From: Hamiltosporidium tvaerminnensis FI-OER-3-3 | Taxonomy: Eukaryota > Fungi > Microsporidia | Assembly (NCBI GenBank): GCA_022605425.2 | Contig: CM061251.1 | Coordinates: 186,001 to 250,000 of the forward strand | DNA length: 64,000 bases | Reading direction: 5' to 3' | Shown here: positions 13,043-23,145 of the stretch, piece by piece | Layout: every line of letters begins with the position of its first letter | Numbering within the stretch: the first letter of the stretch is position 1 | Notes under the pieces: model-generated | Seen by the model: only the letters and a program-made list of their open reading frames with translations | The model's database searches: none | Told to the model about the DNA's origin: nothing | Position numbers and translations under genes: made by a program

Positions 13043-15339
13043 TTATTTAATAAATTTCTCATTCAAAATGTTTTTATCATAATATGCATTTTCTTCTTTT
13101 AAATCCGATTCGATATTTATGTTTATATTCAGTTCTTCTATCCAAAATTTTAGGTTCTTTATTTTTTGTTTTAAAATGTTTAACACAATTTCCACGTTAT
13201 TCGGTTGTATTAAAGGGGGTGTTGGCTCCTAGTGCGACTTAACTTTTTCCTACCATCCACTGGCCCGCTTTTCCAGCTCTCTTCAGCATTTATTCCTGAC
13301 TAAGTTCTCTTGGTCGTTAAAGGAAATATCTCGACTGTCTTATTAAGTACTATTAACTAATATATGTCTTTATATTCGTGGGTATTTATACTCTTTTAAC
13401 ATATTTACGTGGGTATTTTGTCACAATACCATTCCAGTTTATCCCAAAGGAAATTATCTCAACACTTTACTTATATATAAAAAAACTCATTTGCTAATAG
13501 GTCATATTTCCTAAGTTTTTCAGTTTCAACTATTTGAAATGAATCTTGTGAAGTAATTCCTACTTCAATTAGTTCTTAACTGTTCTTCCTCTTATCTAAA
13601 GTAAATATTTTCGATTTATTACACCGAATCTTGAAATCGGTTTTTATCTTGGTGTCCCCTTTTATCTGCTTATGCTCGTTTTCAAGAATTTCTTGCACCG
13701 AGTGGTTTCTAATCCGTTTTGAAGACTTAAACTTGTATCTATTTAGCAGAATAAGGTGCAGGCATCAAACCACTCCAGTATGTCGTCGGGTAAAGTCATA
13801 GTCTAGGATTTTCTCATATCGAGTCGCCAAAGGGTCCGTTGTTTCACGAGATTTGATACAGTCTTGGCAAATATCTTCTGACCCACATAATACATTTCTA
13901 TCCTGTATATAGCAGAACACTGCTTCATTGCGTGGCCTAATATTCCCTTTTTTTAGCCCCCTAGAAGAGTCACTAAAACTTACAAGCTCATTTTTTCTTG
14001 CATTATATAACTTTGAATGAAGTTTTCGTTTTTCTATTTCGTTATATAGTTTTGCAAGTTGAGCTTTTTCTAAATTCTTCATAGTGACTTCTTCCAGCCT
14101 ATATTTTATTTTAGGAAGCCTTTTATTAGTCGAAGATGGGTTTTATTAGTATTCTTCACCTTAAAGATTGCTGCTCTTCTAGTTGATATTTTTTTACTTT
14201 TTTCACGACTATCCAAGAGCTGCAGAAGCATATGTTCACTTCACAACTTAAGACTATGAAGACATCTTCCAAGTTCTGTTTTAGAGGGTATAAACGCTCA
14301 TTGTAACCTGGGTTTTATGTATATTATTCTTACCAACACTGCACGCACAGCATCATTTATTTTAGAGAAGTCAGCCGGTTCAAGCCGAAGTAATACTATG
14401 TGATAGTCGATCGACGATATCGCATGTTGATTAATTGCAGAAAATAAATTGTTTACATTTGGTTTTGTGCAACAAAGTCTCTTTAGTTGTGGTATCCCTT
14501 CGCTCTGTATTTTATTAAGCGACTTACTTGTTGGAATTCCTCTGCTTCTCTATTTTTACAAGATATTTTGTACACATATTCCTTCAGGAAACTCGCAGTA
14601 TCTTCGCAACATGGATTATTTGTTTCCGACTTCTCTCTGTTTTTTCCTATTCTATATTGTTCATAAACTTCTTCACCTCCTCCGTCATCTTTTCCAATGT
14701 TTTATATATCTGGCAAAAGAGCTTAAGATCATCAATAATCAAAAAGTGATTGGTAGATTGAAATTGAATCTTGTTGCACTGTCACCTTTGTGTATTTTGA
14801 ATTAAGCCTTCGGCTCCATAGATCCATAAACAGCACAAAATAAATAGGAACAAAGTCTATTTCTAAAGAATCTTTCTCTCTGAATTCATGCCAATGTGTT
14901 TTTCCGACCCTACTGATATTATCAAGTTTCATTATGAAATAATTACCTTAATAAATCACAGAAACTTATCAGATAAATTAAGGTTGTAATGTATTGAGTA
15001 GAATAGGCTTGATCAATGAAACCATAAGCTTTTTTTTACATCCATCTAGTTGCCTTAAGATTTTTTCGTAATCTTCATTAAGAACATTATTATGAAGAGT
15101 CTGCTCTCAGCACACTTCCTGCAGCAATTAATTGGTTCTATGCAAGTAACCCTCGTCACTTATTCGATTTGCACGACTTTCGCTTTATATTTTGTAATTA
15201 ACTTATAGAGGTTAGACATATAAGTGATTGGCCTGTAGTCAGAGCCTCTTTACGCAATTCTTTTTGTATCAAATACATAAGCCCGCAGTAGAATTAATCA
15301 GTTTGTGTTGTTCCTTCTACACGAATGCCCTTTATAAAA
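13043..15339 (-). mobile_element. Decayed 3' half of R4/Dong-like non-LTR retrotransposon
   Basis: Collinear nucleotide similarity to the intact element from the EGTPQADW region to its 3' end (TTATTTAATAAA). ORF fragment 13765-14082 matches AQLAKLYNEIEKRKLHSKLYNARKNELVS. Multiple stops, frameshifts and internal deletions. Confidence 0.9.
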
Positions 15340-15346
15340 TATAGGG

Positions 15347-15485
15347 TTTTTCGATCAATATAATAATCCTTGCAATCAATATAATAATTTTTCGATCAAT
15401 ATAATAATACTTGCAATCAATATAATAATTTTTCGAACAATATAATAATCCTTGCAATCAATATAATAATCCTTGCAATCAATAT
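15347..15485. repeat. Array of 20/21-bp direct repeats in the outer left TIR of the Tc1-like element
   Basis: Units TTTTTCGATCAATATAATAA and TCCTTGCAATCAATATAATAA in the order A-B-A-B-A-B-B. The last unit is cut by the LINE insertion. Confidence 0.9.
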
Positions 15486-18400
15486 TTATTTAATAAAATT
15501 CTGGGTTAAAATATTTTTAACATTTTTATATGTTTTCTTCTACCTCTTTAACCACATTTGTCTCTTCTTCCAAATCCGGCTCTTCATTTATGTTATTGGT
15601 CGGTTCCTCTAAAGTGGTTCCTCCTTGTAAAATAAAGGGGGCTTTATATTTTGGTTTAAAATTTTTGGCACCATCTTCCTCTGTTTTCGCTTCTTTTAAA
15701 GGGGGTATTGGTTCCTCATGCATCTCTGATCTCATAATAATACCCATTGACGCTCTCTCCCAGCTCTCTTCGGCATTTAGTCCTGACTCAAGTCCTCTTC
15801 GTCGATCAAAGGAAATAGTTTCGACTGTCTTTTTAAGTACTATAGACTGAATGTATGCTTCTACATTCATGGATATTTCTAGTCTTTTAAGATGAGATTT
15901 ATGGTATTTTGTCACAATACCGTCCCAGGTCATCACATAAGGGATTATCTCAACACTACACCTATAAATAAGACCCAACTCATTGGCTAGCAGGTCATAC
16001 TTCCTAAGTTTTTCAGTTTCAACTATTTGAAGTGAATCTTGGGAAGTGATTCCTACTTCAATGAGTGTTATCTTATTCTTCTTCTTATCTAAAATAAATA
16101 TGTCCGGTCTGTTATTCCGAATTTTAACATCAGTTTTAATTCTGGTGTCCACTCTTATCTCTGCATACTCATTATCAAGAATTTCTTGAACTGAGTGGCT
16201 CCTTATTCGTTTTGAAGACTTAAACTTATATCTATTTAGAAGGAGAAGGTGTAGGCATCTAACCACTTCATTATGCCGTCTAGTGTAATCATGGCCTAGC
16301 ATTTTTTCACATCTAGTTGCTAGATGATCCACAGTCTTACCAGACTTCCCGCAATGTTGACACACACCATCTGCACCCCAGAATACATTTCTATCCTGGA
16401 TATAGCAGAACACAGCTTCATTTCGTGGCCTAATATTTCCTCTCTTTAGCCATCTTGAAGAGTCACTAACACTCACAAGCTCATTTTTCCTTGCATTATA
16501 TAACTTTGAATGGAGTTTTCGTTTTTCTATTTCGTTATATAGTTTTGCAAGTTGAGCTTCTTCTAAACTTTTCTTAGTGACTTCTTCTACCAACCTGTAC
16601 TTTACTTTTAAGAAGCCTTTTATTAGTGCAAGATGGGTTTTATTATTATTCTCCACCTTGAGGATTGCTGCTCGTCTAGTTGATATTTCTTTACTTTTTT
16701 CCAGACAATCCAAGAGTTGCAGAAGCATATGTTCGCTTCGCAACTCAACACTATGTAGACCTCTTCCAAGTTCTGTTCTAGGAAGATACAACCGCTCTTT
16801 ACATCCTGGGCGGAGATGTATCTTATTTTTAACCAACACCGCACGCACTGCCTCATCTAACTTAGAGAAGTCAGCCGGTTCAAGTCGAAGTACTCCTATG
16901 TGGTAGTTGATTAACGATATCGCATGTTGATTGATTGCAGAAAATAAATTTTTTGCGTTTAATCTAGTGTGACAAAGTCTTTCAACTCTTGATATAAGTT
17001 TGCTCTGTACTTCTTCAAATGAGCTACGTGTTAGGATTCCTCTGCTATCTTCTATTATTCCTAAATATTTGTAAACACTAACACCTTCTAGAAGAGTAGC
17101 AGTATCTTCACAACACGTATCATTTGTGGCTGACTTCTCTTTGTTAATCTCTAAGCCAATCACCTCTAAAAATTCCTTTGCCTCGCCTGTCATAGCACTC
17201 AATGTGGAGCTGTCTTTTGCAAGGAGCTTAAGATCATCAATAAACAAGAGATGATTAGTAGAATGGGATTCTGCATCTGTTTGTACTGTCACTTTTGTGT
17301 ATTTTTCATTAAGCTTTCGGCTTAATGGATCCATACACAACACAAATAACAAAGGTGACAGACTATCTCCTTGTAGAATTCCTCTATCAATCTTCTTGCT
17401 CATGATTTTTTCAGGCCCTACTGATATATCAATTTTCCATTTTGATATAATTACCTTAATAAATTTCAGGATCCAATCAGGTAAATTAAGGTTTTCAATG
17501 CATTGAGTTAAATAAGCATGATCTATTGACTCATAAGCTTTTTTTACATCAATCCATGTTGCCTTAAGATTATTTCCATACTCTTTATTTAAGGCAATAT
17601 TCAGTAGAGCCTGCTCTTTCGCTCCCTGCACACCTCTTACCGCCCCTAGTTGGTTCTCTGCAAGCAACCCTCGCCTTTCCACTTCGAGTTGAACGACTTT
17701 CGTTACACACTTTGTCGTTAACTTATAGAGGTTGGACATACAAGTGATTGGCCTGTAGTCAGAGCCTCTTCGTGGAATTCCTTTCGGTATCAAATACGTA
17801 AGCCCGCAGTAAAACCAATCAGCTTGAGGTGTTCCTTCTAAACATATAACTTTCACAATATCATAAAGATATTTGTGAAGAGTTGTAAGTTTCTTAATGA
17901 AAAAATTGTAAATACCATCAATTCCAGCAGCTTTCCAATTAGGGAGCCAATTAATGATATTCACAAATTCATCAAGTGAAGGAAACGTGGTCGGATGATT
18001 ATCTGATACAAATGGAATCAAATAATCATCGTACGTGACTGTGTCATCATTTTTGTTCCACATTGTAGACCAAAAACTCACAATTTCATCACGGCTAACC
18101 ACATGCTCGGATTCCACACGCTCGGATAACCCACGATAAAATCGACCTCGGAAAAGCTCAAACATACGATTCTCTTTTCGGAATTGCTTCCTACTTTCAT
18201 GCATCGTAATTTTTTTCTCGTAAACATTCAAAGACTCATTCTTCTTAACTAAAGCCTCAGAAAGATCAGTTACGCTGCTCAAGTTTAAATTAAACTCTCG
18301 CATGATTTTCTTAAGGCTCTTCGTTTCCGAAGTGGAGAGCTTTTCCTGCTTACGAGCTTTCTCGAGGAGATCTTTGGAAAGTACTAACTTAGAAATTTTA

Positions 18401-19298
18401 CTTTCTATGTTTTCCTTCCAAGCGGATCTAGGCTTCTCTTTACGTGTTGCCTCGTCATAGCATACCTGCGCAGCTTGCATGATATACGCGGCTTCCGTAA
18501 TTGACTCAGGTACATGAGCTCCTGCATATTCACCGACTATTCGATTTATGAGATCCAGAACTTTACTATCAACCAATTCATTTGGATGTTTTCTAGTTCG
18601 GACCACCACTTTTCCAATTTCGTTCTCAGAGATTTCTTTGATTTTACTCAAGAATTTATCTCTCAGGTTTATGTACTCCGTGGTGTCGGTCAAGGTGCAT
18701 GTATCAGCGAGACAAGTGGCGATTCTACGTCGCTCTCCATTCTCTTCTGATTTTACATCCTTTCCCATCTCACTTTGTGCCAATTTTTTTAACACTTCGA
18801 GAGTTTCAGTGCAGCCAAATTTCTCATTATAGTACCTGTGAAGCTCTGTCCAGCCATTTCTTGGCATTCTTTCAAACCTTGTCTGTACTGCAAAAAAAAC
18901 AATTCGAGGCCATTCCTTCGGGTCGGCTGTTACGGAATCGAATATCGTCCGCAATGCCATTAGCCTGTTACCTTCCGGAATAGCTAGAGTACAGGGGCTT
19001 GTCATGTCGTACGATGGCTCGCACGCAGAGACTTCAACCGAAGAGGGAACTGGTGCATTAGGCGAAGGTAAGGTGTCAAGCCCACTATTTTGCATTTTAC
19101 TGCATGTTTGGCTTGGTGGTGGAGGTGTTATTGTTGTGTAGGAGGAGGAAGGTAGGGGAATCGCCGGTGGGTGTAGCTTACATTTTTGTATCTCACTATC
19201 ACTCTTTTTCACCTCATCAGCGTCGTTTGCAGCCTTTATTTTGGTATTATTCGATATTTCGCTGCTAACATTTTTCTTTCTACCCATGTTTTTTTTTT
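15486..19298 (-). mobile_element. Full-length R4/Dong-clade non-LTR retrotransposon with 13-bp target-site duplication
   Basis: Flanked by direct copies of TTGCAATCAATAT (15473-15485 and 19299-19311). Single long ORF, ~11-nt A-rich 5' leader, ~40-nt 3' UTR. Confidence 0.9.
15526..19287 (-). CDS. Reverse transcriptase / CCHC / restriction-like endonuclease polyprotein (1253 aa)
   Basis: RT motifs KAAGIDG, DYRPIT, WIDVKKAY, GILQGDSLSPLLF, FIDD and YKYLG. CQHC..DHLATRC zinc knuckle, RHN, and PD-(D/E)xK endonuclease RPDI...IEV...K..KY. Start set at MGRKK (19287) because the upstream 36 codons of the listed ORF are mostly Tc1 TIR sequence. Confidence 0.93.
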   Translation of the reverse strand: MGRKKNVSSEISNNTKIKAANDADEVKKSDSEIQKCKLHPPAIPLPSSSYTTITPPPPSQTCSKMQNSGLDTLPSPNAPVPSSVEVSACEPSYDMTSPCTLAIPEGNRLMALRTIFDSVTADPKEWPRIVFFAVQTRFERMPRNGWTELHRYYNEKFGCTETLEVLKKLAQSEMGKDVKSEENGERRRIATCLADTCTLTDTTEYINLRDKFLSKIKEISENEIGKVVVRTRKHPNELVDSKVLDLINRIVGEYAGAHVPESITEAAYIMQAAQVCYDEATRKEKPRSAWKENIESKISKLVLSKDLLEKARKQEKLSTSETKSLKKIMREFNLNLSSVTDLSEALVKKNESLNVYEKKITMHESRKQFRKENRMFELFRGRFYRGLSERVESEHVVSRDEIVSFWSTMWNKNDDTVTYDDYLIPFVSDNHPTTFPSLDEFVNIINWLPNWKAAGIDGIYNFFIKKLTTLHKYLYDIVKVICLEGTPQADWFYCGLTYLIPKGIPRRGSDYRPITCMSNLYKLTTKCVTKVVQLEVERRGLLAENQLGAVRGVQGAKEQALLNIALNKEYGNNLKATWIDVKKAYESIDHAYLTQCIENLNLPDWILKFIKVIISKWKIDISVGPEKIMSKKIDRGILQGDSLSPLLFVLCMDPLSRKLNEKYTKVTVQTDAESHSTNHLLFIDDLKLLAKDSSTLSAMTGEAKEFLEVIGLEINKEKSATNDTCCEDTATLLEGVSVYKYLGIIEDSRGILTRSSFEEVQSKLISRVERLCHTRLNAKNLFSAINQHAISLINYHIGVLRLEPADFSKLDEAVRAVLVKNKIHLRPGCKERLYLPRTELGRGLHSVELRSEHMLLQLLDCLEKSKEISTRRAAILKVENNNKTHLALIKGFLKVKYRLVEEVTKKSLEEAQLAKLYNEIEKRKLHSKLYNARKNELVSVSDSSRWLKRGNIRPRNEAVFCYIQDRNVFWGADGVCQHCGKSGKTVDHLATRCEKMLGHDYTRRHNEVVRCLHLLLLNRYKFKSSKRIRSHSVQEILDNEYAEIRVDTRIKTDVKIRNNRPDIFILDKKKNKITLIEVGITSQDSLQIVETEKLRKYDLLANELGLIYRCSVEIIPYVMTWDGIVTKYHKSHLKRLEISMNVEAYIQSIVLKKTVETISFDRRRGLESGLNAEESWERASMGIIMRSEMHEEPIPPLKEAKTEEDGAKNFKPKYKAPFILQGGTTLEEPTNNINEEPDLEEETNVVKEVEENI

Positions 19299-19415
19299 TT
19301 GCAATCAATATAATAATTATTTTTAAAAAATAAAAATTTAAAAAAAAATTAAAAAAATAGAAATTTATAAAATAAAAATTGAAAAAATAATTCATTCATT
19401 ATAAAATTAACTCCA

Positions 19416-20585
19416 ATGTCAAATTCTTTTTCAGGTAAAAATACCAACGAGAACAAATATGATTTTCATGTAGGTGAAACACAGGAATGTATAGAGTGCG
19501 AAAATGACAATGTTTTGAAGTGTCTTGTGGAAACATCGGGATTACATGATGAAAATCACCCACTAACCCCAATTCCAACTCTGAGGAAACAAAAAGTTTC
19601 TATTAATGATCGGGAACGCATAATTGAAAAGAAATTAGAAAGCTATTCTATGTCCGCAATTGCCTCTATGTATCGAATAAATTACCAGACGGTTAATAGT
19701 ATCGTTAGACGATATTTAAAAACCGGCTTGGTATTTGTCGAGAAAGGAGGTGGTGATAGGCGCTCAAAGTTAAGCTTGGAAATAAAAGAGAGCTTACAAG
19801 CCTATGTTGATTTGGAATGTACAAAAACCCTGTATGAGTTGGCAGAATGGGTCAAATGTACATTTAATGTATATGGGTCAACTAGTACAATTGATCGCGC
19901 ACTAAGGGAGTTCCATTACACTCTAAAGCGTGTAACATTAGTGCCTGAGCGTAGAAATACACTTTCGACAATTGAGCTAAGAACCAATTACGCAACTAGT
20001 TTTCGTGAGTTGGAGGTTGATAACGATGACAAAAACTTTGTCTTTTTAGATGAAGTTGGGTTTGCAGTAGTCACACGCCCCAGTTGAGGTCGTAACATGA
20101 GAGGTGAATCTGCATACCTATCTGTAACAGCCGCTCGAAGTAGAAATATTTCAGTAGTCGCAGCAATGAACAAATATGGTATGATATACTATAAGATTCA
20201 TAAGAAGGCCGTAAATGGTGAGGATTTCAAATTATTTATTAAGGAGATCAATGAAAGTTGTCAAAGGCAAGGAATTTTGACTCCAATATTTGTAATGGAC
20301 AATGCGAGAATTCATCACTATCGTGGATTGAATGATGATGAGGAAATTGCTTCGTATCGAATAAAATATCTTCCACCTTACTCTCCATTTCTTAATCCAA
20401 TTGAGAATGTATTCTCAGTCTGGAAAAATAAAGTAATTCGAGGTGGTGCTCGTACTGAGCCTCAGTTGAGAATATTAATTTGTGAAAAATTTAATGAAAT
20501 CACGGGAGAACATTGTAGTTCTTTTTACCGTAAAATGTTAGGATATTTGCAAAAGGCTGAAGTAGGGCAAGTGATTCTTGAATAA
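19416..20585 (+). pseudogene. DD34E Tc1/IS630-family transposase with one in-frame TGA (20085-20087)
   Basis: ORFs 19416-20087 and 20097-20585 are in the same frame, separated by a single TGA (RPS*GR, probably CGA>TGA). N-terminal HTH region, catalytic FLDEVGF, MDNARIH and LPPYSPFLNPIE, with 34 residues between the second D and the E. Confidence 0.9.
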
Positions 20586-20721
20586 TAAATCTCAAGTACT
20601 ATTTATAATTTTATTTTTTAAATTTTTATTTTTTTAATTTTTATTTTTTAAATTTCTATTTTTTAAATTTATTTTTTAAATTTTTATTTTTTTAAAAATA
20701 ATTATTATATTGATTGCAAGG

Positions 20722-23070
20722 GAAAGTCATATATTTAGAGAACGCCTCAAGCCGATTGGTATTATTGTGGACTTACTTATCTGATACCTAAAGGTACACC
20801 AAAGACTGGTTCTGATTACAGGCCAATAACCCGTGTGTCAGACCTGTATAAACTGACTACAAAATGTTTTACTAAAGTGGTACAGGTTGAGGTGGAAGGG
20901 CGAGGGTTACTTGCAGAGAACCAATTAGGGGCAGTTTTTGGGTGTAGAGCGTAGACCTTATTGAATATTGCCCTAAATAAAGAGTATGGAAACAATCTTA
21001 AGGCAACATGGATTGATGTTAAAAAAGCTTATGATTCAATAGATCATGCTTATTTAACTCAATGCATTTAAAACCTTAATTTACCTGATTGGATCCTGAA
21101 ATTTATTAAGGTAACAATATCAAAATGGAAAATTGATATTTCGGTAGGGTCTGAAAAAATTATGAACAAGAAGATTGATAAGAGGATTCTACAGGGAGAT
21201 AGTTTGTCACCCTTATTGTTTGTGCTGTGTATGGATCCATTGAGCCGTAAACTCAATGAAGAATACGCAAAGGTGACAATACAAACGGAGGAGGCATCAA
21301 ACTCTACCAATCATCTCTTTTTCATTGATGATCTAAAGCTCCTTTCTAAAGACAGCTCAACATTGAGTGCTATGAAAGGCGAGGCAAAGGAATTTTTAAT
21401 GGTGATTGAGTTGGAAATTAACAAAGAGAAGTCAGCCACAAATGATACGTGTTGTGAAGATACTGCTACTCTTCTTGAAGAATATGTGTTTATAAATACC
21501 TTGGAATTATAGAAGATAGCAGAGGAATTCCAACAAGTAAGTCGTTTGAGGAAGTACAGACCAAACTTATAACACGAGTAGAAAGACTTTGTCGCACGAG
21601 ATTAAATGCAAGAAATTTATTTCAAGCCATTAATCAACATGCAATTTCTTTACTAAACTATCATATAGGTGTACTCCGACTTGAACCGGCTGACTTCTCT
21701 AAGTTAGATGATGCGGTGCGTGCAGTGTTAGTAAAGAACAAAATACATTTACGCCCAGGATGCAAAGAACGTCTATACCTTCCACGTAAAGAACTTGGAA
21801 GAGGTTTACATAGTGTCGAGTTCAAAAGCGAACATATGCTTTTGCAACTCTTGGATTGTCTGGAAAAACATAAAGATACATCGACCAGAAGAGCAGCAAT
21901 CCTAAAGGTTGAGAATAATAATAAAACCCACCTTTCACTAATTAAAACTTTTTAAAAATAAAATAGGGTTGTAAGAGGACGTCACAAAAAAGAAATTGGA
22001 AGAAGCCCAACTAGCTAACCAATATAACGAAATCAAAAACCGAAAACTACATTCAAAGTTATATAGCGCTAGAAATAACGAGCTGGTAAGTGTAAATGAC
22101 TCCTCAAGATGGTTAAAGAAAGGAAGTGTAAGACCACGTGATGAAGCAGTGTTCTGTTATATCTAGGATAGAAATGTATTCTGGAGTGCAGAAGGTATGT
22201 GTCAAAACTGCAACCAGTCTAGGAAAACAGTTGATCACTTAGCAACGAGATGTGAAAAAATACTTGGTCATAACTATACTAGACGACATAATGAAGTGGT
22301 ACGATGTATACATTTACTCTTGCTGAATAAATATAAGTTTAAGTCTTCGAAACGAATTAGAAGCCACTCAGTTCAAGAAATTCTTTATAACGAATATGCA
22401 GAGATAAGAGTGGACACCAGAATAAAAACTGATGTCAATATTCGGTGTAACAGACCCGATATTTTTGTTACAATAAGAGAAAAAATAAGATACCACTTAT
22501 TGAAGTAGGAATTACTTCTCCAAAGATTCACTTCAAACAGTTTAAAGGGAGAAACTTATAAAGTATGACCTGCTAGCGAATTAGCTGGTCTTATATATAA
22601 GTGTAGTGTTGAGATAATTTCTTATGGGATTACCTGGGACGGTATTATAACAAAATATCATAATATGTATGTGAAAAGATTACAAATACCTAAAAATGTA
22701 TAGGCATATATACAATCCATAGTACTTAAGAATACAGTCGAAACAATTTCTTTTGATTGACGAAGAGGACTTAAGTTTGGAGCAAAGGCCGAAGAGAGCT
22801 GAGAGAGAGCATTATTAACTGTTATTTTAGGAGCTGTGAGGCACAAGCAACCAACACCCTCTTTAAAAGAAAAGAAGAATAAGAGAGATGTTGTAAAACA
22901 AATAAATACCGAAAATATTATACCCTTTGTTTGGATGGTGTTACCACTGTAGTGGAACCAACAATAAATAAAAACGAAGAGTCGGATTTAGAGGAAGAGA
23001 TAAAAGTGGTTTAAATGGTGGAAAGAATAATTTAAAGGAGATAGGAATTTGTTAACAAAAATTTATTAAA
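20722..23070 (+). mobile_element. Decayed 3' half of R4/Dong-like non-LTR retrotransposon (sister subfamily)
   Basis: ORF fragments 21162-21512, 21716-21955 and 22197-22508 match the RT, post-RT and CCHC/RLE parts of the intact protein. Several stops and frameshifts. Starts at GAAAGTCATAT, equivalent to VKVICLEG. Confidence 0.92.
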
Positions 23071-23145
23071 TTTACTTTTAATTACAAAACCGATAAATAA
23101 TTTATAAAAGTTAAAATAGTTAAAACAAATTTAATCTTTTTTAAT

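Larger units (their letters stand above)
15342..20721 (+). mobile_element. Tc1/IS630-like DNA transposon with long repeat-containing TIRs; left TIR interrupted by a LINE, right TIR truncated
   Basis: TA at 15340-15341, then TAGGGTTTTTCGATCAATATAATAA and seven 20-21-bp units (core ATCAATATAATAA). The inner left TIR (19299-~19390) is the reverse complement of ~20625-20721. The transposase lies between them. Confidence 0.8.

Noticed and set aside
19288-19395. 36-aa F/N-rich N-terminal extension of the LINE ORF
   Set aside because: It is almost entirely the A/T-rich Tc1 TIR read on the minus strand, outside the LINE's TSD. The in-element start is MGRKK at 19287.
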